DNA of 60,716 nucleotides, filler included, from Hausera hauseri (lineage: Eukaryota): NCBI GenBank assembly GCA_046269625.1. It is 11 parts of 11 records of this genome, joined end to end, with 100 filler letters (N's around TTAATTAATTAA, not from the genome) between each part and the next. Parts side by side here need not be neighbours in the genome. Positions count along the whole stretch, not along the records: positions 11,304 to 15,650 come from JBJURY010624108.1; positions 15,751 to 20,350 come from JBJURY010510350.1; positions 20,451 to 26,381 come from JBJURY010166420.1; 8 more parts are not named here. One strand, 5' to 3'. Made by a program: the position numbers and the translations under genes. The notes below the pieces were generated by a model. The model ran no database searches. It saw nothing but the letters and a program-made list of their open reading frames with translations, and was not told where the DNA came from. Of this stretch, positions 11,805 through 24,870 are shown in pieces (the first letter of the stretch is position 1; each line of letters begins with the position of its first letter).

Positions 11805-14800
11805 TTACGCTAAACTCAGCATAACTTGCGACATGGCTTTGAGAAGCTGCTCCTTCTTGAAGTCCCCGTCTTTTCTGTCTCTGTGTAATTCGTTCTGACT
11901 GTCTGCTATGTGGTCCGCCGTATCTGTTTCTTTGCTAAGTTGGTTAGTAGTATGCTGTGTATGTTCGTGTACTGCATGTGTCGGATTCCGTTTGTGCACA
12001 GAGTCCTTGCCGTTAATCACATCAGTTAACTGCTTTCTTAATTTTGTTATTGTCGCTGATTTCTCTATGCTGGCTGCTTCTAATTGTTCCGCTTGTCGTT
12101 GCCATTCTAGCCTGACGGCCTCGACTTCTTGTACTCGGTTCTGGAGTTCCCCTATTCGTTTCTCGGAAACACGTCGTGCTTCTGCCAGTTTGTTGACCAT
12201 ATCGCGAATCTCCGCCATTTCTTTATCCTTCTGATTAACGACTGCTTGCACTTCCGCGATTTTTACTTGAACTTGGGTCCTTACTTGTTCTTGGTTTTTT
12301 CTAATTTCAGGTAGCTGTGTTACATTCTGTGGCCGTTTAATTTTCATAGCCGCGCTTATTGGTATTCGTGATTGTCTTTGAATGTTCTCTTCAGTTTTCT
12401 TAGCATATTGTCTTCGTAAGGCTTCCTGTCGGCTGATTTTATTTCTGGGTTCGTCTTCTATAGTTGCCCCTAGTTCTCGACTTCGTTTGGTTGATCTGAC
12501 GATTCTTTCGATTTCAGATGACTCACTGTCATAATCAGCTTCCCTTTCCGATTCGGATGCGTCGACTTCTGAACTAGATGTTCCGGGTAGTGCTACATGT
12601 GTTGCATCAGTCGGGGTATCGGTTTCTTGTGCATGTTGATTTTCTCGATCTTGTAGTCTTCTTCTTCTCTCAGGTATGGGTAGATCGCTTTCTGCGGATG
12701 AAGTTTCCAACATGTTTCGGCATCGTTTCATATGTCTCTTTTTGGCTTCTTCAAACCGTCTCCTCGCTGCAGCTCTTGTGTTAGGGTATTGTGCTTCTGT
12801 GTCGGTTTTGGTGTGGGGTTTCTGTTCTTCACATTCATGCCTGGTCTGCGTCTTGGTAGCCAACGGTACTGGCCCTATTTCATATCTCGTGTCACTGCTT
12901 TCCTCGTCTGATCTAGCACTACTGGTTTCGTCTCCTGATAACTCAGAGGTATTGTTTTCGGGTGCTACTACGTGTCTGGCCTTCCGCATTGTTCTCGTGT
13001 TGGTTGTGGATGGCTCGAGATTTCTGTTAGTCTCATCTTTTCTCAGATAATCTGTTGTGGTCTTTGCAGTTTGTCCAGTATATTGGTGTCTAATCGTATA
13101 TGTAATTGGACCTCTCTTTTCGACAATTTGGTAACCTGGTGTCCAGCGGTTATCAAATTTCGACTTCCTATGATGTTTGCGATAGCACACTTTATCTCCA
13201 ATTTCAAATGTTTGCGGTGTCGTTTTCTTGTCGCTTCGTTGTTTGCGTGTTTGGAATGCACTTCTAATATTTCTACCAACTTTTACAGCTATTTCATGAT
13301 GTTTCTGTAACAGGTATTTGTGGTAGTCTTCTCCATAGTATTTGCTTCTCGGCTGTAGGATGTTATCAACTGGTAATATCGGTTCGCGACCAAAAATCAT
13401 CTCATAAGGAGAGTAACGTCTACTGCCGTTCTCCATGAATCGGATCGCCATTGCTGCTTGATTTAAGTGTAGGTCCCAATTTTGCACTTGATCTTGGGCG
13501 TACTTAGCAATGATGTCATAAATGGTGGTATGTTGTCTTTCATTAACACCATTCGCTCCGGGGTTGTAGTGGGCGGTGCATACATGTCTGATGTTGAGCT
13601 CCTGGAGCGTGTGTTTCATGGCTTGGTTAACGAACTCGGAACCGTTATCGGTGATAATTATTTTTGGACAACCGTATCTTGGTATGAATTGTTCAGTCAG
13701 TATACCCACTATGTTGTCAGCCGCTTTATTTGGTATTGGGTATAACTCTGGCCAACAACTGTACACGTCTACTATATGCAGTATATATAGGTTCCCTGAG
13801 AGTGTCGGTGGGTGAGGTCCAGAAAGATCTAAGCTGACTTTTTCAAAGGGGAACACAGCATGCTCTGGTTCCTGCATCTCATGTTTCCATGCCTCCATCT
13901 TTCGCAATTTGCATGTCTCGCAACGTCGTACATGGAGTGCCACATCTTTGTGTAAGTTCTCCCAGTAGTATTTCTGAGTAATCATAGCACTCGTTCTGTC
14001 GCGACCTAAGTGTCCGAGGTTATCGTGATATTGCCTGATCACTTGGTTCTGTAGCCGTTTTGGAACACACAGCTGGAAGTGACCATGTGGGTCGATGCGG
14101 TAGAGAGTATCTTCCTCCAACATGAACTTTGACCATTTCTTGCTTGAACTTGTCTTGCCTGACCTCAATGTCTCTATTATGTTTCTAATTTCCATGTCTT
14201 TTTGCTGCTCCATTGCGACATTTGGTATGTCATTATCCCCAGACTTGTGTTCTTCATCGCTCTCTGAGGAGTCTTTTGCAATGTTGGAGTTAATGACTGC
14301 AACCTGACGGGCGTTATCGTCGATTTCCACTGTGGTTTCGCCTTCATCTTGCGTTTGCGTATTGTCTGCATTAACCGGCATGCGTGAAAGGAGATCAGCA
14401 ACCGTGTTTTTCAGGCCTGGTATGTATTCAATTGACATGTTGTAACCTTGTATGTTTAATATCCAGGGTTGAATTCTCCTATTCTGTACGTTTGCTTTCA
14501 AGAGTCCTTTTAGCGGTTGGTGATCGGTTCGTACTACGAATCTGCTGTTATGTAAGTAAAAGTGCAGCTTCTGTAGCGCAAAGTGGATGGCGTAGGCCTC
14601 CTTTTCAATGACCGGCCATTTTCTTTGAGATTTCGTAAGCCTGTGTGAAAGGAAATAAATTGGCTTCTCGGCGGTCTTAAGTTGTCCGGTAACTTCTACT
14701 TCTTCGTCTTCCTGGGCTAACACTGCACCGATGGCGTAATCTGAGGCATCGGTATACAGAATATAATCTTTGCTAGTGTCTGGATATGATAGCAATGGGA

Positions 14801-15650
14801 CAACTGTTAAGCTCTCCTTGAGGTAGTCAAATGCGGTTTGGCACTCTGAGTCCCAGTGAAATCGGGCAAATTTCCGTGTCAGTGCCACTAAAGGCTCTGC
14901 TATCTGGGAAAAGTTCGGTATAAAGCGGCGGTAATAGCCACACGTACCTAAGAATCCTCTGACTTCCCTGGTGTTCTTGGGTGCAGCCATTTGTTTGATC
15001 GCTTGTATCTTATCTGCGTCTGGTTTAATGCCGTCGTTCGATATCACAAAACCCAAGTATTTCGTTTCTGTCTTAAGGAAGTCGCATTTGCTCAATTTTA
15101 GTTTGACCCCGTGGTGTCGCATACGGTCAAATACTGTTTCAACATGGCCCAAATGATCTTCAATATCGGCCTTTGTAAATATGAGGATATCGTCAATGTA
15201 CGCTAGTGCGAAGTTTTGCATTCCTTCGAGCACTATGTTCATCAGGCTCATGTACGTGGCGGGTGATCCTTTTAACCCGAAAGGCATCACATTCCAGGCG
15301 TATAGCCCGGTGTGTGTACAGAACGCTGATTTTTCCTTCGCCTCTGCTGTCAGGGGAATGGTCCAAAATCCTGACCTTGCGTCTAGGGTTGTAAAATACG
15401 TCGTGCCTTCTAAGGTGCCCAAAATGTCGTCAATTAACGGCATTGGGTATGCCACATTGGCTGTAATGGCATTAAGTGCCCTGTAGTCGACGCAAAAGCG
15501 GTGGCTTCCGTCCTTTTTTGACACAATTACAACCGGGAACGACCATTCGGAACGTGTCCTCTCAATGATGCCGTCTCTCAGCATATCTTCGACAGCTCTT
15601 TCTACGATCTCACGGTTGCCCAACGGTGTTCGATAAGGTTTGAGACTTAT
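11805..15650 (-). CDS. pol: Intact Ty3/Gypsy Pol (RT-RNase H-integrase) with long C-terminal extension; 5' truncated by contig end
   Basis: 1272-aa ORF: RFCVDYRALN, MPFGL, YIDD, TDASD, EKEAYAI, TDHQPL, ADLLSR, H-X4-H/C-X2-C zinc motif, D..D(TDNG)..E(NER). Confidence 0.97.
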   Translation of the reverse strand: MSLKPYRTPLGNREIVERAVEDMLRDGIIERTRSEWSFPVVIVSKKDGSHRFCVDYRALNAITANVAYPMPLIDDILGTLEGTTYFTTLDARSGFWTIPLTAEAKEKSAFCTHTGLYAWNVMPFGLKGSPATYMSLMNIVLEGMQNFALAYIDDILIFTKADIEDHLGHVETVFDRMRHHGVKLKLSKCDFLKTETKYLGFVISNDGIKPDADKIQAIKQMAAPKNTREVRGFLGTCGYYRRFIPNFSQIAEPLVALTRKFARFHWDSECQTAFDYLKESLTVVPLLSYPDTSKDYILYTDASDYAIGAVLAQEDEEVEVTGQLKTAEKPIYFLSHRLTKSQRKWPVIEKEAYAIHFALQKLHFYLHNSRFVVRTDHQPLKGLLKANVQNRRIQPWILNIQGYNMSIEYIPGLKNTVADLLSRMPVNADNTQTQDEGETTVEIDDNARQVAVINSNIAKDSSESDEEHKSGDNDIPNVAMEQQKDMEIRNIIETLRSGKTSSSKKWSKFMLEEDTLYRIDPHGHFQLCVPKRLQNQVIRQYHDNLGHLGRDRTSAMITQKYYWENLHKDVALHVRRCETCKLRKMEAWKHEMQEPEHAVFPFEKVSLDLSGPHPPTLSGNLYILHIVDVYSCWPELYPIPNKAADNIVGILTEQFIPRYGCPKIIITDNGSEFVNQAMKHTLQELNIRHVCTAHYNPGANGVNERQHTTIYDIIAKYAQDQVQNWDLHLNQAAMAIRFMENGSRRYSPYEMIFGREPILPVDNILQPRSKYYGEDYHKYLLQKHHEIAVKVGRNIRSAFQTRKQRSDKKTTPQTFEIGDKVCYRKHHRKSKFDNRWTPGYQIVEKRGPITYTIRHQYTGQTAKTTTDYLRKDETNRNLEPSTTNTRTMRKARHVVAPENNTSELSGDETSSARSDEESSDTRYEIGPVPLATKTQTRHECEEQKPHTKTDTEAQYPNTRAAARRRFEEAKKRHMKRCRNMLETSSAESDLPIPERRRRLQDRENQHAQETDTPTDATHVALPGTSSSEVDASESEREADYDSESSEIERIVRSTKRSRELGATIEDEPRNKISRQEALRRQYAKKTEENIQRQSRIPISAAMKIKRPQNVTQLPEIRKNQEQVRTQVQVKIAEVQAVVNQKDKEMAEIRDMVNKLAEARRVSEKRIGELQNRVQEVEAVRLEWQRQAEQLEAASIEKSATITKLRKQLTDVINGKDSVHKRNPTHAVHEHTQHTTNQLSKETDTADHIADSQNELHRDRKDGDFKKEQLLKAMSQVMLSLA

Positions 15651-16659
15651 NNNNNNNNNNNNNNNNNNNNNNNNNNNNNNNNNNNNNNNNNNNNTTAATT
15701 AATTAANNNNNNNNNNNNNNNNNNNNNNNNNNNNNNNNNNNNNNNNNNNNCCATTGCCGGAAGTATTTTATAACATCTTGGAATTCTTCATTATAATGGG
15801 ATATTTGTGTTCGATGCGTTAATAAATTTCGATATTCTACTTTTAGAATCTCTAATTTTCGTAAGTATTTTGAAATAATAGAGCAGTCGAATTTATTAAC
15901 TCTAAATCTGCATTTGATGTTGTCACAGATTTTTTCTGGAATTCAAATTTGAAGGAATCATGCAATTGTAGCAGAAAAATTTGTATAAGACCATCTAATG
16001 GCTTTAACGGTGTGATTGTAGTTGAAAAAATTCACTTCGGTACCGCCGGTGTTTAATTTAAAATTGCGTTGTTTTAAATAATGCAATTGTTGATTGGACA
16101 GGTTCGTGTCGGACTGAAGATTGTTTATGAGTAAGGTTTTTTGAGTTTGATGTTCAGATCATTGGATAGAACGACAGACTGATTGGGATAAATGGAACTG
16201 AGAGACGTTGACAAGAGGTAGTTCGTAGGACAGTTGAATCCCAATTGATTATCAACAGGAATCGCTGTGAGATTATCATTATGAGCCTGAATTATGACAT
16301 TGTTAAATGAGTTATTAAATGAGATAGGGGATTTGGCTAAAACGGATTTCAAACTAATTAGGTCCTGTTTGCGTTTCGACGTTCGTGGAGATCCCGGTTA
16401 AACGATGTTGGAGTCCTTCGTAGCGGAAATGTACAGTGATGGACCACAACTGTTTTGCAGAGGATCGTGGTTTGATACGTACACATTCTGTAATTAGGAT
16501 GCTATCAACACGTAATGAGGCTCATTTGAATTTGTCAGAGTGCTGTCGTCATTTCTTTTGGTCTGTTTAGGGAGTGGTCGAGGTTCACAGGTTTTGATTT
16601 CACAGTCTTTTAACGTGAAATTTTTGAGTATGATAGGAATTGTAAAATTTAGAGGAAAA

Positions 16660-16756
16660 GAATCGGGTCCGACTATGAACCCAACGTGGCGGCGACGGAC
16701 GCACGGCCGTGCCTGACCAAATGGGCCAAAGGGCACCGGCCGCTGTGGGCATTACA
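16660..16756 (-). repeat. Short GC-rich LTR copy, inverted relative to the adjacent pol
   Basis: Reverse complement TGTAATGCCCACAGCGGCCGGTGCCCTTTGGCCCATTTGGTCAGGCACGGCCG...ATAGTCGGACCC closely matches 19753-19845 and 24750-24845. Confidence 0.8.
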
Positions 16757-19700
16757 TCACCATTCAGAATTAAGCCCTTATACACCTCTTCAGGTCAACC
16801 GCTGCACATTTCTGGCGCGGCTAAATTATCCTTCACTTACCAAAATTTCCTTCAACTTTGCACTAGACGTTCACAGTTGCTAACGTCCAGACGGCATTTC
16901 TACTGTCCGATTTTCTATCACATTGTAATTTATTGGTTGACTGCAGTCAACGATGTCTGAGGAGCGGCATCACTGGAAGCATTGCTGAGCATGTTGATAG
17001 CCTTTCGACTGCCGTGCAGTTGATCGAGACACGGAGGTCAATTTTGAGAAAATCAATAAATAATTCGAATTTCCATAACAATAATTCAATTCGTAAACTT
17101 TTAAATAATAATATTGATATCCGACCGAGGTTCGATGTCAATAATTGTGGTACAGTCAACAATGTTCAATCACTTGACGAAATCATTTCATCCAACACCA
17201 TTTTTAATTCGAACATCTTAAACCAAATACCACTTGGCTGCACATCAAAAATCAAGTCACAAATCGCATCCGCTACTATTCAAACTGCTTCACCATCATC
17301 ACGGAATCTATCACAGTTGCGTACAGCTTTACAGCAATTCGTTACCATATAATGTCCACGCGTACTTCAAAAAGGTCGTTCGTTTACCCCTACAAACAGC
17401 ACTGTACATAACATAATTACACAGCATCAACGACCAATACATCAAAAGGTATGACCACTGTCACTTCGTCATAGACAGGCCATAGAAGTCTAATTTGTTG
17501 AACTAGAATGCTCCGGCATTGTACGCCGTTCCAAATCTCCTTGTTCGTCACCTTTACACGTTGTACAAAAAGGACGGTACTTTTAGACTATTCGGTGACT
17601 ACCGACAGTTGAACCACTTGACCATCATGGATGCCTACCCCTTACCACTCATCAAGGACATCCTGCATCGCCTTAATTCAACTACCATTTACTCGACCAT
17701 CGATTTAGCCAAAGCATAACACCAAATACCGGTGGCACCCGAAGACATAGAAAAAACTGCTGTCACTACTCCTTTTGGCCTTTACGAGTACCTGTTTATG
17801 CCATTCGGTTTGCAAAATGCCGCCGAGACTTTCCAGCGACATATCAACTTAATTCTCTCATATTTCCGTTTGCACACCCTTACATTGACAATATTCTGAT
17901 TGTTTCGTCTTCGGTTAAACAACACGAGGAACACATTCGCACAATATTCCAACGCCTTCACCACCATAACCTGCATGTCAATTTCGACAAATGCCATCTT
18001 TACAAAAAGCGCGTCAACTTTTTGTATCACGTTATTTCACCAGACGGCCATTTTCTTCAGCCGGACCGAGTTGAAGCCTTTAAAAATATCCATTTACCAC
18101 GTACGACCACCGAAATACGCAGCTTCCTTGGTACACTACACTTTGTACATAAATATGTACCATACTGCTCCGAATTGTCAGCACCATTTGAACACTTAAG
18201 CGGTAGCAAAAAACATCAGCCAATCCGGTGGACACCTGAGTTGGTAGACAAATTTGAAAAGTTACGCGAAGGAATTAAGAACGTCGATATTCTCGCTTTC
18301 CCCAAGCCTGATGCGGAACTCATCCTTACCACACATGCTTCAACCACTGCAGTAGGTGCTGTACTCCACCAGATCTACAAAGGAGAAAATCAACCGCTAG
18401 AATTTCTTTCTTGCAAGCTAACATCCCCTGAAACCAGATATTCAACGTTCAATCGAGATTTATTGGCCATCGTTCTTGCTTTAAAGCATTTCTCCTACTT
18501 ACTTGTCACTCGCCATTTTATTATACAAATTGATCACAAACCCTTACTTAACATTATGGCTATGAAACATCCTTCCACACGTCAAGAACGACAGACATCA
18601 TACTTGTCGATATTTAACTTCGACATAAAACATATTAATGGGGTTAGAAATTTAGTTGCAGATTTTTTATCTAGGTCGGTTAGTTTGATTAATTTTTCAC
18701 CGATTTTTACGAAGTGGCTTTAGACACTTCCAAACCAGGTCATTCCTTAATAATCCTTGCATTACCGTTGCAAAGGCAAGCCTTTAATAGTGTACATTCG
18801 CTACACTACCCTGGTGCTAAAGCCACTTTTCATTTACTTCATCGACAAGTAATTTGGCCGTCAATGCGTTCCGATGTGCAGGCATAGGTTAAGGAGTGTG
18901 TGGCTTGCCAAAAATACAAAACAACTAAGCATCTAAAGCCACCGTTATTCAACTTCCCCTGCACATTGCGTTTTGAATTCGTGCATATCGACATCGTTGG
19001 CCCTCTTCTTCCAGACAACGGTCATCAATTCATTCTCACCATGATGGCCGTTCCTCGCGATGGCCAGAAGCCATCCCTCTGCGGAGCACAAACACCGATA
19101 CTATAGCTGACGTTGTCATTCGTACATGGATTAGCAGGCTTGAATCACGTCGTTTTATCATCACGGACCAGGGTCTACAGTTTGAATCCAACCTATTCAA
19201 ATCCTTTGTTAACCCATTGGGGATCCATCACATACATACTACGCCTTATCACCCCCAATCGAACGGCCTTTTAGAACGTTTTCACCGAACATTGGAAACG
19301 TCACTAAGAATTATGGCATAGTCCAACAGTAGTTGGACGAATCTTTTTCCATTTGTTCTGCTTGGCTAGCGGAACACTCCGTTTACTTCTACAGGATGCT
19401 CACCTACTGAAGTCTTATTGAGAGCTCCTGTACGATCATTATTCGAACTAACTGCCCTAGACGACACTCCTACAGATTAAATGATACGGGCGGAACAAAA
19501 TCACTTCGTTACGGTCAGCAAAGATTCGTTCTGCAGGTTACTTCATAAAGACAAAACATATTTACCCGAAGATTTGTCCTCGGCAAAATTCGTATGCCTA
19601 AAAAATGAAATACCATGCGGTTTTCAGCTGCGGTATCTGCGGCCCTATAAAGTGATACAGCTGCATTTACATAACGCTATTATTTCTAAAGACGGCAAAG

Positions 19701-19860
19701 AAGTTATAGTGCATATCACCAACTTAAAGCCCGCCTTCTTTGTCGACGACGATGTGGTGCCAATCGCGGCCGGTGCCCTTCGGCCCATTTTGGTTGGGCA
19801 CGGCCGGGCGTCTGCTTCGCTGCGTCGGATCAATAGTCGGACCCCATTTCCCGCCTTAAG
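16757..19860 (+). mobile_element. pol: Degraded Ty3/Gypsy pol (protease remnant-RT-RNase H-integrase) plus 3' LTR
   Basis: [68 protein letters not shown] starts TGTGGTG at 19753. Confidence 0.93.
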
Positions 19861-21789
19861 AATTTAATACTACTGCAAGTCCGTCATTCAGAATGAGTAT
19901 TCATAAATAAACCCCTTTGAAAGTGACAGAAGTCCAATAGGTTGTGCAATTTAACTTTGTCTCATGCAAGCAGGTGGTCTGGTCTCATTTTCAGACAGAC
20001 TTCAATATCAACAGATGATTCGTGGAATTGTACGGAGGACTTTTGTTACGCTTTGTATGTCATATCTAGTCGGATGTTTAGCCACCACTGATCGGAATCT
20101 TTACATTTTTTGTACGGTACACACGAACGCATCCGATAAACCACATAATAATTTCCCCGATGCACAGCACTGACTTATCAACAGATGCTGAGTTCCAATC
20201 CGATAACATCAATCGATCCATTCTTTTAAAATACGATTACTGAAGCAAAAAAATGCCGTTATCGTTTCTACCACATCAAACAATCTCTCCCCCACTCAGT
20301 TAGTTCATCTCCAAGCCATATCAATGTCACAGCCGATTGGTATCATCCATNNNNNNNNNNNNNNNNNNNNNNNNNNNNNNNNNNNNNNNNNNNNTTAATT
20401 AATTAANNNNNNNNNNNNNNNNNNNNNNNNNNNNNNNNNNNNNNNNNNNNCACTCAACCTCATAAAATAAATCATTTTCTGATTTGATATTTTTCAGACT
20501 TATTTGTATTAGCGTTTTTCGCGAATTCTTACGAACACTTGATTAACATCACCATTTCATGACGTACTTTCCTCATTTTCCTTTTCAATTCGCGAAGCTT
20601 GTTTTTCTTCTTTCTTTACCCAATTTTTATCTATCTTCTTAAACTTCCTCGTTTCTTTCTTCTCAGTCTTTTTATTCTCCGCCCAGGATTTTTTGAACCA
20701 TGGCCATTTGATATAATTTTAATTGGCACTCTGCCCAAGGCTCAACCACATTCTTATTAAGCGGCATTTCATCAATTTCATCGCAACTCAGAGAAGCACT
20801 TTCATAACCTTTTTCGACATAATATCTGAGTTGAGTGTTTCTTGAGAAGATTTTCGCCTTTTCAACTTTAAACCAACGGAGATAAGAAGTACCGAAAACA
20901 AGGAGAAGGTTATGAAAATCTCTGAAGCCAATCATAAGCCGTGGTTTACACTCCCGATCACAAGTGGGCGCGTAAACCACGCTCTGCTACCATATGGAAA
21001 ATTTACATAGCTTTTATATAGAAAAATTGTTTCAACATTACACATATCGTCCTTAAAATTAAAATCTTTATCCATCAAAATGTTATCCCTATTAAAACAC
21101 GAGCTCGTATTCATCAGTTTTTCAGAGGGCAAATACTTTTCAATTCAATTCAGAAATTTTTTTACCCTAAGTTAATTCCCCTTTTACCCTCAATTTATTT
21201 AAATTTGAAAACAGCTTATTTTAACGAACATATACTATCATATTGAGGAGATGCCTCCCTTTAATCTTACTTTCCAACCCAGTCCCTTTAATCCCAACAG
21301 ACATACAAGCAATTCCTTCCATAATGAAACCCAAGTCGACATTCGCGGTACCAAGACGGTAATAATAACAAACGATATTATTAGAATCATTTCTAACCAA
21401 AATTATGGAAACGCTGTTTGATCCCCTTTCGATGTCAATATTTTTACAGCCATGATGACAATATTGCCAACATTTTGCGTAAAATCCATTAACCCAAAAT
21501 TCTGATTGTTTCAAAATATGCAATATATACCGACAATTATATATAGATTTTTGCAATAACCGACTAGTAATGTTAACTTTAATATTGTACAAGAGACTGA
21601 AATTTGACCCGGGTAAATTTTCTTGTTCGATGGAATTTTTACAACTGTTTGTAAGACACGAGTAAGTTGTAATTGATTTTTGTTGGTATATTTCAGCCGA
21701 TCGTAACATAGAACGAGGAAATTTCGATGAGAATTCACCTGGGGTAAGGTAAAAATGACCATTTGAATACGTCACCTCGACGTAGACAG

Positions 21790-24700
21790 GCCGTAAAAGC
21801 CGAATTTCTTGAACTATAACGCTTCGGCATTGTACGACGTTCCAAATCTCTTTGGTCGTCACCTTTACATGTTGTACAAAAAAGGACGGAACTTTTAGAC
21901 CAAGCAGTGATTACCGACAATTAAACAACTTGACTATTATGGATGCCTACCCCTTACCACTCATTAAGGATATCTTGCATCGCATTAATTCAACTACCAT
22001 TTATTCGACTATCGATTTAGCCAAAGAATACCACCAAATACCGGTGGCACCCGAAGAGAGACAAAAAACTGCTGTCACTACTTCTTTTGGCCTCTACTAG
22101 TACCCGTTTATGCCATTCGGTTTGCAAAATGCCGCATAGACTTTTCAGCGACATATCGACTCAATTCTCTCAGATTTTCCCTTTGCTCACCCTTACATTG
22201 ATGATATTCTGATCGTTTACTCTTCGGCCAAACAACACGAGAAACACCTTCGCGCGATATTCCAACGCCTTCACCACCATAATCTCCAAATAAATTTAGA
22301 TAAATACCATTTTTTCAAAAAGCGCATCAACCTTTTGGGTCACGTTATTTCACCAGGCAGCCACTCGCTTCAACAAGACCAAGTTGAAAGACTTAAAAAT
22401 ATATAATTGCCATGTACGACCACCGAAATGCGCATCTTCCTCTGTACACTAAACTTTGTACATAAATATGTACCCTATTGCTTTAAATTGAGAGCACTAT
22501 TCGCACACTTAAGCGGCGACAAAAAACATCAGCAAATCCAGTGGACACCTAAACTGGTTGACAAGTTTGATACGCTACGCAAAGGAATTAAAATCGTCGA
22601 CATTCTTGCTTTACCCAAGCCTGATGCTGAACTCATCCTTAATACAGACGCTTCAACCACTGCAGTAGGTGCTGTACTCCACCAAATCCACAAAGGAGAA
22701 AATCAACCGCTAGAATTTTCCTTTCGTAAGCTAACATTCAATAAAACCAGATATTCCACGTTTGATCGAGAATTATTGGTCATCGTCCTTGCTTTGGAAG
22801 GTTTTTTCCACCTACTTGTCGCTCGCCATTTTAACATACAGACCGATCACAAACCTTTACTTAACATCATGACTATGAAACATCTTTCCACACGCCAAGA
22901 ACGACAGATATCATACTTGTCGGCATTTAACTTAGACATAAAACATATTAATGGGGTTAATAATTTGGTTGACGACTTTTTATCTAGGTCGATTAGTTCG
23001 ATTAATTTTTCACCGATTTTTACGCAAGCTCAACTTCAACAGAACCAGTTACCTCAGGACATGTTTAATTCTTTCAAGACTTGCACAATTGTTGACGGCG
23101 TGGCTTTAGACACTTCCAAACCAGGTCATTCCATAATAAACTTTGCACCACCTTTGCAAAGGCAAGCATTTAATAGTGTACATCCGCTACACCATCCCGG
23201 CACTAAAACCACTTTTCGATTACTCCATCGGCAAGTAATTTGGCTATCAATGTGTTCTTATGTGCAGGCATGGGTTAAGGAATGTGTGGCTTGCCAAAAA
23301 TACAAAGCAACTAAGCATTTAAAGCCACCACTATTCCACTTCCTCTGCACATCGCGTTTCGAATCCGTGCATCTCGACATCGTTGGCCCTCTTTCTCCAG
23401 ATAAGGGTCATCAATTCACTCTCACCATGATGGACCGTTCCTTGCGATGACCAAAAGCCATCCCTCTGCGGAGTACAAATACCGACACCGTAGCTGACGT
23501 TTTCATTCTTACATGGATTAGTAGGTTTGGATCACCTCGTTTCATCATCACGGACCAGGGTCCACAATTTGAATCCAACCTGTTCAAATTTCTCATTAAC
23601 AGATTGTGGATCCACCACATAAATACTACGCCTTATCACCCCAATCGAATGACTTTTTAGAACGTTTCCACCAAACATCGAAAACGTCACTACGAATCCT
23701 TGAAGAGTTCAACACTAGTTGGACGAATCTTCTTCCCTTCGTTCTGATCGACTGGCGGAACACTCCGTCCACTTTTACAGGATGCTCACCTACCGAAGCC
23801 TTATTCGGAGCTCTTGTACGATCATTATTCGAACTAACTTCTCTAGACGACACTCTTACAGGTAAAATAATACGGGCGGCTCAAAATCGCTTCGTTACGG
23901 TCAGCAAAGATTCGTTCTGCTGGTTACTTCATAAAGACAAAACATATTTACCCAAAGATTTGTATTCGGCAAAATTCGTATGGCCAAAAAATCAAATATC
24001 GTGCGGTTTTCAGCCGCGGTATCTGGGGTCCTATAAATTGACACATCTGTATTCATATAAAGCTATTATTTCTAAATACTGTAAAGAACTTACAATGCAT
24101 ATCACCAACTTAAAACCCGCCTTCTTTGTCGACGACATTTCACCAATCGACACGTCAATCTCTTTTTTCACTCCTACACTTCCTGCTATTCATATACCTA
24201 TTGCTACACCTGTTTTACCTCCTCCTTCTTCTTCTAGTTCTGCTTCATCATTTTCTACATCTTCTACTTCTATTTTTATCTCTCTTCTTATCTCTACCAC
24301 TACCTCTGTTTCATTTTCTACTTCTACTCTTTCGCCTAATACAATTCCAACTTCTACTCCAATTTTCGTCTCTTCTCCTTCATCCGCCACTATACCTTTT
24401 GTCAGTCCTTCGACTTCTAACACTCTCTTTAGTACCTTTAACCATCCTTCTCCACGAATCTCTTCTTTCTTTACCTTCTCCTTCTCCATTCTGACTCGCC
24501 TTTGCACGACATATAACTCACAACAAAATCTGAAAATTTTTTTCCCAAACTTCGAACTCTGCAAGAAAACACACTGCATACAGACAAACCATGCAGTCAC
24601 ATTTAGCATATATAGCAGGGAAAATTCAGTAGAAGGCACTCAACATCTTGTTCATACTAAGACCAGCTGACACAGACATTTTCCCTTTGGCGATTTTTTC

Positions 24701-24870
24701 TTTCCGTCTATTTTACCCTTTATAGTTTCAACCTTGCTACGGGGGATGATGTGGTGCCAACCGTGGCTGGTGCCCTTTGGTCCATTTAGTTGGGCACGGC
24801 CGGGCGTCCGTTGTCGCCGCCGCAGATCCATAGTCGGGACCGATCTTCCGACTTTTTGCCTTAAAAGTTT
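21790..24870 (+). mobile_element. pol: Degraded Ty3/Gypsy RT-RNase H-integrase, pyrimidine-rich 3' region, PPT and 3' LTR
   Basis: Closely similar to 17500-19750; YIDD, TDAS, TDHKPL; GGGGGATGA|TGTGGTG at 24741-24756. Confidence 0.93.

Noticed and set aside
11908-15486. Numerous plus-strand ORFs
   Set aside because: Antisense shadows of the pol ORF.
24126-24639. Leu-rich, Ser/Thr-rich and Glu/Val-rich ORFs that look like membrane or mucin proteins
   Set aside because: Artefacts of the pyrimidine-rich low-complexity 3' region of the Gypsy element.
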